Origin: an uncultured Patescibacteria group bacterium
GTDB lineage: Bacteria; Patescibacteriota; Microgenomatia; UBA10105; UBA927
Direction: 5' to 3'
Length of the DNA stretch: 64,000 nucleotides
NCBI GenBank assembly: GCA_937921305.1
Contig: CAKZSU010000006.1
Location: 70,646 to 134,645, forward strand
In this document: in pieces, positions 39,351 to 50,421 of the stretch
Position numbering within the stretch: the first letter of the stretch is position 1
Layout: the number at the start of each line of letters is the position of its first letter
Made by a program: the position numbers and the translations under genes
The notes under the pieces: generated by a model
Seen by the model: only the letters and a program-made list of their open reading frames with translations
Databases searched by the model: none
What the model was told of the DNA's origin: nothing

Positions 39351-41819
39351 TTACTTTGATGGCAACGGATTTATCAACGCAAGGTGAAGCACTTCATCCA
39401 TGTGCTCGACAAAATGAAATTGCAATTCTTTTTGTACGCTTTCAGGAATATCGTCAAGATCTTTTTTATTATTTTTTGGTAAAATGACATCCTTGATTCC
39501 AGCGCGATGAGCGGCTAATACCTTTTCTTTGACGCCTCCGATTTCAAGAACTCTGCCTCGGAGCGTGACTTCTCCCGTCATGGCGACTTCTTTTTTTACT
39601 GGAATTTTTGTCAACGCGGAAGTAATCGCTGTTGTGATTGCCGCGCCAGCAGATGGTCCGTCTTTCGGCACCGCTCCTTCCGGCACATGAACATGCACAT
39701 CTAATTTATTAAAGAAATTTTCTGAAAGACCGAGCATGGCATATCGACTTCGAACATACGACATTGCCGCCTGTGCCGACTCCTTCATCACGTCCCCTAA
39801 TTGTCCTGTAAGCAATAAATTTCCTTTTCCCGGCATTAATGCAACTTCAATGAAGAGGATATCTCCTCCCGCCTCTGTATATGCAAGTCCTGTGCAAATA
39901 CCGATGTCATCTTTTGCTTCGGCAACTTGCGATGTGTATTTATATGGTCCTAAATATGCATGAAGATCGTCCTGTGCAATCGTATAGGTTTGCCTTTCAC
40001 CGTCTGGCAAGTCGGCAATCTTTCTTGCAACCTTTCGATACAAATTCGATATTTCTCGCTCCAACCCGCGAACGCCAGCTTCTCGTGTGTATCGACGAAT
40101 AATTTGATATATCGCGTCATCCGTGATAACGACAGACCCCTTGGGAATTCCATGCGCTTCGTGTTGCTTTTCCATAAGATAGTCTTTGGCGATATGGAAT
40201 TTTTCTTCTTCTGTATATCCAGCAAACCGAATGACTTCTAACCTGTCTCGAAGGGCAGGAGGAATCGTGTCAAGGACATTGCATGTAGTTATAAAAAATA
40301 CATCAGATAAATTAAAAGGAACATCTAGATAATGATCCGAAAAAGCATAATTTTGTTCTGGATCTAATGCCTCAAGAAGTGCCGCTGATGGATCGCCGCG
40401 AAAATCCGTTCCAACCTTATCAATTTCATCAAGCATAAATACGGGATTTTGAGTCCCCGCTTGCCTCATGCCTTGGATAATCCTTCCCGGCATAGCGCCG
40501 ACATATGTTCTTCTATGCCCTCGTATTTCCGCTTCGTCTCGTATCCCCCCCAATGACATTTTTACAAATTTCCTTCCTAACGCTCGCGCTATAGATTTTC
40601 CAATGGATGTCTTTCCAACGCCAGGAGGTCCAACAAAACAAAGAATCGTTGGTATTGCTTTTTGCCTCCGCTCTTGCTCTTCTTGTTCTTTTTGTTTTGT
40701 TGCTTTTCCTTTTTTCTTTTCTTCTTTCGTTTCTTTTTCTTCCTGAGAAATTTGCTCTTTCTCTAATAATTCAGCCTGTTGTCTTCGTAATTTCATAACA
40801 GCCAAATATTCCAATATTCGCTCTTTTATCTTCTTTAATCCATAATGATCTTGATTTAACACAGCTTCCGCATCATGAATATTCACAACGCTTGGACTTT
40901 TTATTCCCCATGGAAGCTCGATTAATGTGTCAAGATATGTCCGAAGGTACGAAGCTTCTGGATTATAAGGAGACATTTGCTTTAATCGTGAAAGCTCTTT
41001 TTCAGCTTTTTTTCTTACTTCATCAGGCATAGCTAATCTTTTTATTTTTTCTTCGAGATCTCTGTATTCTTTCATATCGCTCTCTTCGCCAAGTTCTTTT
41101 TCAATCGTTTTAATCCGCTCTCGAAGGACCTGTTCACGAATATTCTTATCAAATTTTTCCTGTGTTTTGTTCGCTATATTGCGCTCCAACTCAAGAATTT
41201 TTACTTCTTTTGAAAGAAATGTTGCTTCCATCTCAAGTCGTCGTTTGACTGAATCAACTTCGAGAAGCTCCTGACGCTCGCCTGGTTTAACATCCAAAAC
41301 GCACGCAACTTGATATGAAAGATCAAGAGGCTTTAACCCAGACATAATATTCATAAAAGTCAGAAAATCAAGTGTTTTTCCTAAATTGACAGCTTTCCTC
41401 AGTTCGCTCATCAGATGATTTGTCAGCGCCTTTACTTCATCGTCTTCTTCGACAACATCGGCAAGTTCAATAATTTTTGCCACATAATATGGATCAACCA
41501 TTTCATATGAGAGGATGCCGACTTTCGCGATTCCTCGAATAAGCGCGTTGATTTCTCCGTCGTTTCGCATCATCTGAACGATTTCTCCCACAGTCGCGAT
41601 TTGATACAAATCTTCAGGCTTTGGATCGTTGATGTTCGCATTTCTTTGCAAGGCGAGAATGATTCGTTTGCCAGATTGAAACGCTGCATCAATTGCCGCG
41701 ACAGATTTCTGTCTTCCAAATGTGAGAATCATCTCAACACCGGGAAACACAATGCCATCGCGTATAGGAACCAGAGGAAGGATGAATTCTTTTGAAAGTT
41801 GATTATCTTGTTCTGTCAT
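39351..41819 (-). CDS. lon: ATP-dependent protease La (LonA)
   Basis: 'GPPGVGKTS', 'LDEIDK', 'PKDGPSAG', 'TGE', 'IGGVKEK'; start ATG 41819 or GTG 41828. Confidence 0.97.
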   Translation of the reverse strand: MTEQDNQLSKEFILPLVPIRDGIVFPGVEMILTFGRQKSVAAIDAAFQSGKRIILALQRNANINDPKPEDLYQIATVGEIVQMMRNDGEINALIRGIAKVGILSYEMVDPYYVAKIIELADVVEEDDEVKALTNHLMSELRKAVNLGKTLDFLTFMNIMSGLKPLDLSYQVACVLDVKPGERQELLEVDSVKRRLEMEATFLSKEVKILELERNIANKTQEKFDKNIREQVLRERIKTIEKELGEESDMKEYRDLEEKIKRLAMPDEVRKKAEKELSRLKQMSPYNPEASYLRTYLDTLIELPWGIKSPSVVNIHDAEAVLNQDHYGLKKIKERILEYLAVMKLRRQQAELLEKEQISQEEKETKEEKKKGKATKQKEQEEQERRQKAIPTILCFVGPPGVGKTSIGKSIARALGRKFVKMSLGGIRDEAEIRGHRRTYVGAMPGRIIQGMRQAGTQNPVFMLDEIDKVGTDFRGDPSAALLEALDPEQNYAFSDHYLDVPFNLSDVFFITTCNVLDTIPPALRDRLEVIRFAGYTEEEKFHIAKDYLMEKQHEAHGIPKGSVVITDDAIYQIIRRYTREAGVRGLEREISNLYRKVARKIADLPDGERQTYTIAQDDLHAYLGPYKYTSQVAEAKDDIGICTGLAYTEAGGDILFIEVALMPGKGNLLLTGQLGDVMKESAQAAMSYVRSRYAMLGLSENFFNKLDVHVHVPEGAVPKDGPSAGAAITTAITSALTKIPVKKEVAMTGEVTLRGRVLEIGGVKEKVLAAHRAGIKDVILPKNNKKDLDDIPESVQKELQFHFVEHMDEVLHLALINPLPSK

Positions 41820-41821
41820 AG

Positions 41822-41861
41822 TTAGCACTTAACTATACTAATTGCTAACATCATTCGTCAA
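41822..41861 (-). promoter_or_regulatory. CIRCE-like operator overlapping the lon promoter
   Basis: TTAGCACTT-N9-AATTGCTAA at 41822-41848; TTGACG (41856-41861) and TATAGT (41832-41837) on the minus strand. Confidence 0.7.
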
Positions 41862-41876
41862 GTGTGGATTAATTGA

Positions 41877-42737
41877 TTATATAAACTCTTCAAGCAATGC
41901 GTCAAAACAAGAAGAGTCGATTGGTTGTTTTGCAAGCGGACCGCATTTCAACGCTGGCTCTAACTCCTCTGCTGTTGGACGATCCTCTTCATAAAACACT
42001 CCAAGCGGTATCTTGTCTCCCCATTCGTATGCTTTTTCAAAGGCTTTGACCTTATCAGAGGCGTCATGTGATGTATCAAGATAATATACCCGTTCTCGAT
42101 ACCACATATAGGTATGGACTTTGTCAAAAGTAACACAGGGCTGAAGGACGTCGACAAGAGAAAATCCCTTGTGTTGTATTGCGCGCTTTAACAATTCCGT
42201 CAACCCCTGCGTGTCTCCGGAAAATCCTCTGGCAACAAATGTCGCACCGGCCGTCAACGCAAGCGCTAGTGGATTAATCGGCGCATCTGTTACCCCTTCT
42301 GGCGTGGATTTTGTGACAAATCCTTTTTTTGCCGAGGGAGATGCTTGCCCTGTCGTTAACCCGTAGACTTGATTATCATGAATAATAACTGTAATATCGG
42401 GATTTCTTTTTGCCGCGTGAATAAAATGATTACCACCTTCTCCTAATCCATCGCCATCGCCAGAAATGCAGATCACAGGAAGCTCATGATTGACAAGTTT
42501 TATCGCTTGAGCCACCGGCAATGTCCTTCCATGAAGTCCGGCAAATCCATAAATTTTCATCCAGTTGTACATATTTCCATGACAACCAACGCCGTAAACA
42601 CAGACACCGTCATCTCCGCTAATACCCAATCCTGCCAACGCGTCTTTCAGCGATGTCCAAATTCCGAAATCACCGCAGCCCGGACACCATGTGGGCATTT
42701 TTCCTGTCATAAATGATGATGAACGAACCGTAGTCAT
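41877..42737 (-). CDS. 2-oxoacid:ferredoxin oxidoreductase beta subunit
   Basis: 'PTWCPGCGD', 'GVGC', 'LHGRTLP', TPP-binding 'GDGD..N', 'QPCVTF'. Confidence 0.93.
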   Translation of the reverse strand: MTTVRSSSFMTGKMPTWCPGCGDFGIWTSLKDALAGLGISGDDGVCVYGVGCHGNMYNWMKIYGFAGLHGRTLPVAQAIKLVNHELPVICISGDGDGLGEGGNHFIHAAKRNPDITVIIHDNQVYGLTTGQASPSAKKGFVTKSTPEGVTDAPINPLALALTAGATFVARGFSGDTQGLTELLKRAIQHKGFSLVDVLQPCVTFDKVHTYMWYRERVYYLDTSHDASDKVKAFEKAYEWGDKIPLGVFYEEDRPTAEELEPALKCGPLAKQPIDSSCFDALLEEFI

Positions 42738-44464
42738 AAACGCTCTATGATTTCTTCCGGGAAAAATGGTCTCCCATTATATTTTACAATTTTCTCTTGT
42801 ATATCTATGCCTGTATATTCGCGAATCAATCCCGCTAATTGAGCTGTCGCGTTTTGTTCGACATCAATAATTCTCCCTCCTTTAGCAAGCAACGATTTTG
42901 TTTCCTCTGATGGAAATGGATATAACCAGAAATATTGAATACATCTCGTATGCATCCCTTGATGCTCCAACATTGTCATTGCTTCTCGAACTGGACCTGT
43001 TGTTGATCCCCATGTTACGAACGTAATATCTGCATTATCGTCGCCAAAAACCTGAGGCGACATGATGTCTTTTTGTATCGCTTGAAATTTTCGCAACCGC
43101 TTATCAACCATACGCTTTCTCATATCTGGATCTTCGGTCACTAACCCAAACTCATCATGCTCATATGAGTTGTTGAAATATATTCCTCCCTTCATTCCTG
43201 GAAAACTTCGAGGAGAAACGCCATCTTCCACATCAAGGCGATACCGCTTAAACATCTGTCCCGGCGTCAATTCTTCTTCTTTTACCACTTTTCCACGATC
43301 AATGGAAACAGGCTTAGTAAACATAGATTTTGGAACACACCATTGACTTTCATTAAGATATTTATCTGTCAGAATGAAGACAGGGATCTGATACTTTTCC
43401 GCAAGATGAAACGCGTGAATTGTTAAACGAAAACATTCTTCACAGGAACCGGGCGCGAGAACAATTCGCGGAAATTCCCCATGTCCAGCGTGAATAACAA
43501 AGCGAAGCTCTCCGCTTTCTGTCCATGTTGGCATTCCCGTTGCTGGCCCAACACGCATACCCAAATCAATAACAACAGGAATTTCTTGCATCCCAGCAAG
43601 AGATAAAGCTTCAACCATCAACGCAAATCCTCCTCCGCTTGTCGCCACCATGCTTCGAATTCCTGCATACGCTGCACCAATCGCCATATTCATTCCCGCA
43701 ATTTCGTCTTCTGGTTGTTTATACACAATGCCAAGCTCCTTTGCGTGATCGGCAAGAAAAGTGATTACAGAATTAATCGGTGTCATCGGATAAATCGCCG
43801 AAAATTTCATTCCGGCTCGCACGGCACCCAATCCCAACGCCTCGCTTGCGTTCAAAATTAATTGATCTTCTCGTTTTTCGGCATTTTTGAGATAGAAATG
43901 ACGAACATCGCCAGCGGTTTTTTTAATATGATCAAACCCCATCCACGCAAGTTCAGCATTGTAAGCAATAACTTTCTCTCCCTTTTTTTGAAACTGATCG
44001 GCAATCACCGTTTTAAGATTTTCAAATACTCCGCCAAGAAGGGCAACTGAAGCTCCCAACACAATCGTATTTCTCATAACAGGATCAACGCTTTTTACTC
44101 TTACCATCTCCTTCAGCGGTATTGGTATGCATACGACATGTCGAGAAAAATGCTCAGGCTTCCAATCAAAATCAGCCGGATCAAAAAGAAGGATTCCATC
44201 GTCATTTAATTCATCTTTATGAAGATCAACTGTTTGTTTATTCAAAGTAGCCAAAATATGAACATCTTTTCGCAATGAATAAAACTCTTCGACAGCAATT
44301 CGAACCGTTATGACATTATGACCGCCCCGAATAAGAGAAGGATATTCATTAGTGGCAAGCGTTTTATATCCTTGTCGAGAGAATGTCTTCGCCAACATCG
44401 TCCCCGAAGACATGATCCCGAATCCTGCTTCTCCGCCAATTTTCCAAGTAACAGAAGACATCAT
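42734..44464 (-). CDS. 2-oxoacid:ferredoxin oxidoreductase alpha subunit (gamma-alpha fused)
   Basis: 'GGEAGFGI', 'YPSLIRGGH', 'YPMTP', 'EDEIAG', 'TSGGGFALM', 'GPATGMPT'. Confidence 0.93.
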   Translation of the reverse strand: MMSSVTWKIGGEAGFGIMSSGTMLAKTFSRQGYKTLATNEYPSLIRGGHNVITVRIAVEEFYSLRKDVHILATLNKQTVDLHKDELNDDGILLFDPADFDWKPEHFSRHVVCIPIPLKEMVRVKSVDPVMRNTIVLGASVALLGGVFENLKTVIADQFQKKGEKVIAYNAELAWMGFDHIKKTAGDVRHFYLKNAEKREDQLILNASEALGLGAVRAGMKFSAIYPMTPINSVITFLADHAKELGIVYKQPEDEIAGMNMAIGAAYAGIRSMVATSGGGFALMVEALSLAGMQEIPVVIDLGMRVGPATGMPTWTESGELRFVIHAGHGEFPRIVLAPGSCEECFRLTIHAFHLAEKYQIPVFILTDKYLNESQWCVPKSMFTKPVSIDRGKVVKEEELTPGQMFKRYRLDVEDGVSPRSFPGMKGGIYFNNSYEHDEFGLVTEDPDMRKRMVDKRLRKFQAIQKDIMSPQVFGDDNADITFVTWGSTTGPVREAMTMLEHQGMHTRCIQYFWLYPFPSEETKSLLAKGGRIIDVEQNATAQLAGLIREYTGIDIQEKIVKYNGRPFFPEEIIERL

Positions 44465-44517
44465 ATTCGTAAAACGATAGCCCTATCGTCGAGAACTCAA
44501 CCTGCAATCATTCGTTT

Positions 44518-44649
44518 TTAATCCGAACAACATGGATCCTTAAATCCGCAAACAGAACATACCGCATCTCTTCCGCCGGGCATGCCATGGATTATTGCTC
44601 CGCAACACGGACAAGAACGGGGATTATCACGGGTAGATTTGTTTTCCAT
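44518..44649 (-). CDS. Cys-rich zinc-ribbon-like microprotein, 43 aa, not in the ORF track
   Basis: Manual translation MENKSTRDNPRSCPCCGAIIHGMPGGRDAVCSVCGFKDPCCSD*; overlaps the ferredoxin 3' end. Confidence 0.65.
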   Translation of the reverse strand: MENKSTRDNPRSCPCCGAIIHGMPGGRDAVCSVCGFKDPCCSD

Positions 44650-44881
44650 TGTTATCCACGATAAAAATCGCCATCACAGGACAACTTTTTGCCGCCTCAA
44701 TAAGCGTTTCGTCAGCTTCTTGTTCCGCAGTGTCAAGAATAATCGCTTTTGCTTCATCGTCAAGCGCCCACGCTCTCGGCGCGACAGCAACGCATGTCGC
44801 TGCTCCGATACATAGATTTCTATCAATCCACATTGTGTATTTACGAATTGTCCGTTTTACTTTTGGATCATCGGTTTGCAT
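44627..44881 (-). CDS. Single-cluster ferredoxin, likely [3Fe-4S]
   Basis: 'IDRNLCIGAATCVAVAP...AAKSCPVMAI' (CxxAxxC..CP). Confidence 0.88.
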   Translation of the reverse strand: MQTDDPKVKRTIRKYTMWIDRNLCIGAATCVAVAPRAWALDDEAKAIILDTAEQEADETLIEAAKSCPVMAIFIVDNNGKQIYP

Positions 44882-45239
44882 AGACAACAACGGCTTTTTG
44901 CAACACTTCCAATGGTAACATAGCGCACTTCACCCTGCTAGGTGTCAAATCTATTCCCAACAAAACAAGGACATCGTCTTTTGACAAACTCATAATATCA
45001 GAAACACTCCACCCCATCACATGCTCCGTCAAAAGAGACGCGCTCGCCTGACTAATCACACACCCTTGTCCAGAAAATCGAATGTCAATTACTCTATCTT
45101 GAACAATGCGTAATTCCATACTGATTGCATCTCCGCACGCAACATTTTTATCATCAATTTTCACATCATACTCATCTAGATGACCAAAGTTTCTTGGATG
45201 TTTATAATGATCGAGAATAATTTCCCTATAGATGTCCAT
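44868..45239 (-). CDS. sufU: SufU/IscU-family Fe-S scaffold or sulfur-transfer protein
   Basis: 'YREIILDHYKHPRNFG', 'NVACGD', 'GCVISQASAS', 'RVKCA'. Confidence 0.88.
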   Translation of the reverse strand: MDIYREIILDHYKHPRNFGHLDEYDVKIDDKNVACGDAISMELRIVQDRVIDIRFSGQGCVISQASASLLTEHVMGWSVSDIMSLSKDDVLVLLGIDLTPSRVKCAMLPLEVLQKAVVVYANR

Positions 45240-45251
45240 ACAAATAACTAC

Positions 45252-46481
45252 TTATCGCAACAACGAAACAGCTTTATTGAGAGATGCAACACATTGGTCA
45301 ATATCTTCCTCTGTTGTAAATACGGAACATGAAATTCTTGCTGTCGCCGATATACCTAAATGCGTATGCAACGGCATCGCGCAATGATGCCCGGCGCGAA
45401 TACATATATTGTCATCGCTCAGTATTTGCGCGATATCGTGGGGATGAACACCATCTATGGAAAACGCGAGCACAGCTCCTCGCGATTCAATTGTTTCAGG
45501 TCCATACAAATGTATACCATCTATATTCTTCATCTGCTCCATTGCGTATGCTATGATTTGTTGCTCATGTAAACGAATGGAAGAAAGACCTAACGCGTTA
45601 ATGTAGTCAACCGCCGCTCCCAACCCTATCGCTTCGGCTATAGCTGGAGTTCCCGCTTCAAATTTTTGAGGAGGATCCGCAAAGGATATATGATCCACGC
45701 GAACTTCTCGAATCATGTCTCCGCCATATTGATATGGAGACATTCGCTCAAGCAATGCATATCTTGCCCATACAACGCCAATCCCAGTCGGACCAAACAT
45801 TTTATGTCCTGAAAACACCACAACATCTGCCCCCCATGCGTGAACATCCACAGGAATATGCCCTATCGCTTGTGCTGCGTCAACAATCACAAGACACTGT
45901 GGGGATATTTTTTTTACTCGATGAACAATACTACTCACATCGTGGATTATCCCAAGTACATTTGATATAGCGGCAAAAGCGAACACTTTTGTTGACTGAG
46001 TAATATATTTAGATAATAAAGTTTGATCAAACTCTCCCTTTTTATTGACAGGAAGAACATAAAAGCGTGCGTTTTTCCGTTTTGCAAGTTGTTGCCAAGG
46101 AACAAAATTTGCATGATGTTCCGAGATAAGCGTTGTGATTCCATCTCCCTCGTAAATATATTCATTCCCGAATGATGTGGCGATCATATTTATTCCTTCC
46201 GTCGCATTCCGAACAAAAATGACTTCTTTTGAAGAATTGGCATGAATAAAGTTTCCAACCCTCTCTCTTGCCTCTTCATACCGAGTCGTCGCTTCCTCTG
46301 AAAGGTGATATATGCCTCTATGAATATTTGCCGAATATTCCCGATAATATGAATCCATCCGTTGCAACACACATTCTGGTTTTAACGATGTTGCGGCAGA
46401 ATCAAGATATACAATTGGCCTTCCATGAATGTATCGTTTTAATAAAGGAAAATCATTACGAATAATCTTTGGATCAAACAT
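45252..46481 (-). CDS. sufS: Cysteine desulfurase SufS
   Basis: 'YLDSAATSLKP', 'EHHAN', 'FSGHKMFGPTGIG', 'RAGHHCAMPL'; likely start ATG 46481. Confidence 0.93.
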   Translation of the reverse strand: MFDPKIIRNDFPLLKRYIHGRPIVYLDSAATSLKPECVLQRMDSYYREYSANIHRGIYHLSEEATTRYEEARERVGNFIHANSSKEVIFVRNATEGINMIATSFGNEYIYEGDGITTLISEHHANFVPWQQLAKRKNARFYVLPVNKKGEFDQTLLSKYITQSTKVFAFAAISNVLGIIHDVSSIVHRVKKISPQCLVIVDAAQAIGHIPVDVHAWGADVVVFSGHKMFGPTGIGVVWARYALLERMSPYQYGGDMIREVRVDHISFADPPQKFEAGTPAIAEAIGLGAAVDYINALGLSSIRLHEQQIIAYAMEQMKNIDGIHLYGPETIESRGAVLAFSIDGVHPHDIAQILSDDNICIRAGHHCAMPLHTHLGISATARISCSVFTTEEDIDQCVASLNKAVSLLR

Positions 46482-46785
46482 AAATATAAATATCGTGATC
46501 AACAATTTTTACCTTATATGAAGAAAGTGGACGCGTTGCTGGAAGTGACAGAACATTGCCGTTTTTCGCATCAAATCTCGCCCCATGACATCCACAAATA
46601 ATAGTCTCGCCTTCAAGAAATCCTTCTGTGCCTAACGAACATTCTTCATGCGAGCAGGTATCATCCACCGCGAAAAATTGTCCATACGCATGAATAAGCG
46701 CTATCTTCTTCCCATTCACGACAACCGTTTTCATTGTTCCTTCTGGAACATCGTGTATTGAAGCTGCTTTGATATATTCCGCCAT
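46474..46785 (-). CDS. Rieske-type [2Fe-2S] ferredoxin
   Basis: 'CSHEE..CGCHGARF' (CxH..CxxH). Confidence 0.9.
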   Translation of the reverse strand: MAEYIKAASIHDVPEGTMKTVVVNGKKIALIHAYGQFFAVDDTCSHEECSLGTEGFLEGETIICGCHGARFDAKNGNVLSLPATRPLSSYKVKIVDHDIYIYV

Positions 46786-47381
46786 ATTGTTTGTTGAATT
46801 CGTTTCGCTTGTATTGTACCAGAAATATTCTGAAGAAGATCCGCTAAAAATCCTTCAACAATAAGAGCAATAGATTGTTGAGAAGAAATTCCTCGTGTCT
46901 GCAAATAAAAACATTGATCCTTATCAATTGTTCCGATGGTCGCTCCATGCGTGCATCGAACATCATCCGCAAGAATTTCTAATGACGGTTTGCTTTCAGC
47001 ATATGCTTTATCAGATATAATCAGATTTTCATTTTTTTGATAGGCGTCTGTTTTTTGCGCATGTTTATCAACGCGTATAACGCCTTCATACGAAAATGTC
47101 GATGAATCAAATAGAACGCTTTTCACCAATAAATTGCTTGAAGTATTCGGATGCGCGTGATGTTGCGTAGTGTGAAGGGTTACCCGATGGTCTTTCGCGC
47201 CAATAACGATGCCATAAACCATCGCTTCCGCATCTGATCCTAATAAACGAACTGAAACCGTCGCGTCAACAGACAAAGGATTCAAAGAATAAATAAATAC
47301 AATCGCTGATTCGTTCTCGGAAACATCGCACGAAATATGAGGATGATCTTTGAGATTTTGAATAAGAATCGTTTTCTTCAT
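46731..47381 (-). CDS. sufD: SufD, short form
   Basis: '[10 protein letters not shown]', '[19 protein letters not shown]', 'FYLQTRGI', 'IVEGF'. Confidence 0.85.
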   Translation of the reverse strand: MKKTILIQNLKDHPHISCDVSENESAIVFIYSLNPLSVDATVSVRLLGSDAEAMVYGIVIGAKDHRVTLHTTQHHAHPNTSSNLLVKSVLFDSSTFSYEGVIRVDKHAQKTDAYQKNENLIISDKAYAESKPSLEILADDVRCTHGATIGTIDKDQCFYLQTRGISSQQSIALIVEGFLADLLQNISGTIQAKRIQQTIWRNISKQLQYTMFQKEQ

Positions 47382-48775
47382 CCAATAGATCCTTCCATCT
47401 GCAACTGTATGAGACGATTCATTTCCACCGCATATTCAAGAGGAAGTTCTTTTACAATCGGCTCAATAAAACCGTTTACAATCATAGACTCTGCCATGCC
47501 TTCGGGAATCCCTCGACTTTGAAGATAAAACAATTGCTCATCGCCAATTTTTGATACTGTTGCCTCATGTTCAATAGCAACCTGTTGTTCATGAATTTGC
47601 ATGTCTGGATATGTGTCTGAACGAGACTCTTCATCAAGAAGCAACGCGTCGCAAACAACCTTGCTTTTACACTGTTTCGCTCCGCGCTCCACGCGAACCA
47701 ATCCTCGATAGGATGTCCTCCCGCCATCTTTGCTGATAGACTTTGAAATAATTTGCGAACTGGTTTCCGAAGCTGCATGCACCGCTTTTCCTCCAGCGTC
47801 CTGATGCTGATTCTTGCCTGCATATGCAATAGATAAAATTTCTCCTCGAGCTTTTCTCCCAACAAGATAGACACTTGGATACTTCATCGTCACTTTTGAA
47901 CCTAAATTGCCATCAACCCACTCCATGATTCCCTCTTCTTCAACCTTTGCTCGTTTCGTCACAAGATTGTACACATTTGCACTCCAATTTTGAATTGTTG
48001 TATATCTCACTCGAGCCCCCTTCTTAACAATAATTTCAACAACGGCGCTATGAAGTGAGTCTGTTGTATAGATTGGCGCAGTACATCCCTCAACATAATG
48101 AACAAAACTTCCCTCTTCCGCAATGATAAGCGTCCGTTCAAACTGCCCCATATTCGCAGCATTAATGCGGAAGTACGCCTGCAATGGAAGCTCAACTCGA
48201 ACGCCAGGAGGAACATACACAAACGACCCTCCAGACCAAACCGCTGAATTTAATGCGGCAAATTTATTATCCATCGGAGGAATAACTGTCCCGAAATATC
48301 GTTGTACCAATTCAGGATATTCTCGAAGTCCAGAATCCATATCCAAAAAAACAACGCCCTGACTTTGTAATTTTTTTTGAATGCTTTTATACACAACTTC
48401 TGACTCATACTGAGCGGAAACGCCAGCGAGAAATCGCTTTTCCGCTTCGGGTATTCCTATTTTGTCGTACGTGTCTTTTATTTCCGGAGGCAATTCATCC
48501 CATGATCGAGCTTTGTCATGTGTGGGTTTAATATAATAATAAATATCGTCAAACTGTATATCTCCTAAATCAGCTCCCCATGTTGGCATGGCTTTTCTTT
48601 TGAATATCTCATAGCTTCGCAATCGAAATCGCTTCATCCATTCTGGTTCATGTTTTTGAAAGCTAATATCGGCAACAACACGCTCATCCAATCCTTTCTT
48701 GGATTTAAATACATACCGCTCTGGTTTAGAAAATCCATATTTGTATGTATCATCAATTGGCGATTGTTTAGACAT
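47378..48775 (-). CDS. sufB: Fe-S cluster assembly protein SufB
   Basis: 'AQYESEVVY', 'GQFERTLII', 'YVEGCTAP', 'HEAT', 'LPLEYAVE'; likely start ATG 48775. Confidence 0.95.
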   Translation of the reverse strand: MSKQSPIDDTYKYGFSKPERYVFKSKKGLDERVVADISFQKHEPEWMKRFRLRSYEIFKRKAMPTWGADLGDIQFDDIYYYIKPTHDKARSWDELPPEIKDTYDKIGIPEAEKRFLAGVSAQYESEVVYKSIQKKLQSQGVVFLDMDSGLREYPELVQRYFGTVIPPMDNKFAALNSAVWSGGSFVYVPPGVRVELPLQAYFRINAANMGQFERTLIIAEEGSFVHYVEGCTAPIYTTDSLHSAVVEIIVKKGARVRYTTIQNWSANVYNLVTKRAKVEEEGIMEWVDGNLGSKVTMKYPSVYLVGRKARGEILSIAYAGKNQHQDAGGKAVHAASETSSQIISKSISKDGGRTSYRGLVRVERGAKQCKSKVVCDALLLDEESRSDTYPDMQIHEQQVAIEHEATVSKIGDEQLFYLQSRGIPEGMAESMIVNGFIEPIVKELPLEYAVEMNRLIQLQMEGSIG

Positions 48776-49574
48776 ATTTCCCATATCCATGATGTTCTAT
48801 ATATTCAGCAAGCTCTGCCCCTCCCTCGTCAACAATTTTTCCTCTAACTAAAACATGAACCACATCTGGCTTCACATATTGCAAGATCCTCTGATAATGT
48901 GTAACAAGAATACATCCTGTTCCCTTTTTAACCAAAGTTTGTATTCCTTGCGATACATGCTTTAACGCGTCGACATCAAGTCCTGTGTCAATTTCATCAA
49001 AAATCGCGAATTTTGGTTCAAGCATGAGCGCTTGCAAAATTTCCAACTTCTTCTTCTCCCCTCCGGAAAACCCATCATGAATTCCCCGGGAAAAAAATTT
49101 CTCATCCATCGCCAACGCTTTTGCGTAATGCTTTAATTGTTTTGAAAATTCCTGAAATGTCATCTTTGTTGAATTCCATCGCCGCTTCAATACGGGATTT
49201 TGAACAGCGTCATCATTCCCTTGCGTAGAAGATCCATACAGCTCTTGGTAAGCAGAACGTAACAAATTCGACACGGTAACACCGGGAATTGCTATGGGAG
49301 ATTGAAATGCAAGAAATAATCCTTTTTTCGCCCGATCTTCGGGGGGCAGATTCAACAACAGTTCGTTATCAATAGCCACTGTCCCATTGCTCGCGTTTAC
49401 TTCGTATTGATGATGCCCCATCAGCGCGTATACAAGCGTTGATTTTCCACTCCCATTAGGCCCCATGACTGCGTGAATCTCTCCTGAATGAATAGATAAC
49501 GAAACACCCTGAAGAATACTCCGACCATCAACAGATACTTGCAAATTTTTGATATCTAAAATATGACGCTTCAT
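48768..49574 (-). CDS. sufC: Fe-S cluster assembly ATPase SufC
   Basis: 'GPNGSGKST', 'FLAFQSP', 'GFSGGEKK', '[13 protein letters not shown]', 'THYQR'; SD AAGGAG before ATG 49574. Confidence 0.95.
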   Translation of the reverse strand: MKRHILDIKNLQVSVDGRSILQGVSLSIHSGEIHAVMGPNGSGKSTLVYALMGHHQYEVNASNGTVAIDNELLLNLPPEDRAKKGLFLAFQSPIAIPGVTVSNLLRSAYQELYGSSTQGNDDAVQNPVLKRRWNSTKMTFQEFSKQLKHYAKALAMDEKFFSRGIHDGFSGGEKKKLEILQALMLEPKFAIFDEIDTGLDVDALKHVSQGIQTLVKKGTGCILVTHYQRILQYVKPDVVHVLVRGKIVDEGGAELAEYIEHHGYGKYV

Positions 49575-49602
49575 ATCATTAGACTCCTTCACACCTTATA
49601 TA

Positions 49603-50421
49603 TCATAATTCTTCACGAACTTCATCGTTTTTTCCCATAAAAATTTCTTGTTCTCCTTGCATTCGAAGAATAAAGTACTCTTTATACATTAATGGTTGTG
49701 TGTCTATTGAAAGAAATCGTTCCGCGTCGGCAATTTGCGTTCTATGTTTCGCGATCGCTTTAACCTTTGTCTCCGTATACGATGAAATATCGATGCATGT
49801 TGTTACCGCTTTATCTGGAACGCCTGCCAATAGTTTTCCAAACGATTCATCAGGCAAAACCTTTTGCGCTTGTAAGTATTCAACCACGGTCTCGGGCAAG
49901 CATGTATAATAAAGCTTCGGTTCTTCCTTTTGAGATGGAGGAATTGCTTTCATAAACGCCCGTCGCGGATCTCTCCCTCCTAACGTCTCTCCTCTCGCTT
50001 GCCGCTTCGCGTACTTTTGAAATGCATAAGTAGTAGAAAGAGAAAGTTTCTTATGATCTGGATGATTTGTCACCCCTCTTGGCTCAAAGGTGATCACGAC
50101 ATCCGGTTCATATTGAAGGAGTATTCTATACAACTTTTCTTCCAATTGTCCCGGCGTAATTTCAGACAATTTCCCGTCGTCATAATCAAAACAAACGACA
50201 GACGATATACCAAGAATCTGAGCAGCATCTTCCAATTCACGACTTCGTATCGCTTTTAAATCAACTGTTTCTTCATACGGACCATAGTTTCCAGCTCCCC
50301 CCCGGGTGAAACAAACCAGATCAACAACCCATCCCGCATCAACATATTTTCGAATCGTTCCGCCACAATTAAACGATTCATCATCTGGATGCGCAAACAC
50401 AAGAAGCATTTTTTTCTTCAT
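49603..50421 (-). CDS. PIG-L family deacetylase (MshB/BshB-like fold)
   Basis: 'AHPDDE', 'TRGG', 'R..EL..A..ILG', 'HPDH', 'H.TQ'. Confidence 0.85.
   Translation of the reverse strand: MKKKMLLVFAHPDDESFNCGGTIRKYVDAGWVVDLVCFTRGGAGNYGPYEETVDLKAIRSRELEDAAQILGISSVVCFDYDDGKLSEITPGQLEEKLYRILLQYEPDVVITFEPRGVTNHPDHKKLSLSTTYAFQKYAKRQARGETLGGRDPRRAFMKAIPPSQKEEPKLYYTCLPETVVEYLQAQKVLPDESFGKLLAGVPDKAVTTCIDISSYTETKVKAIAKHRTQIADAERFLSIDTQPLMYKEYFILRMQGEQEIFMGKNDEVREEL

Noticed and set aside
40660-40790. Low-complexity Lys/Glu-rich insertion in Lon before the Walker A motif, considered as an intein or mobile insert
   Set aside because: Only about 40 aa, with no intein C/S..HN motifs; this position is a variable loop in LonA
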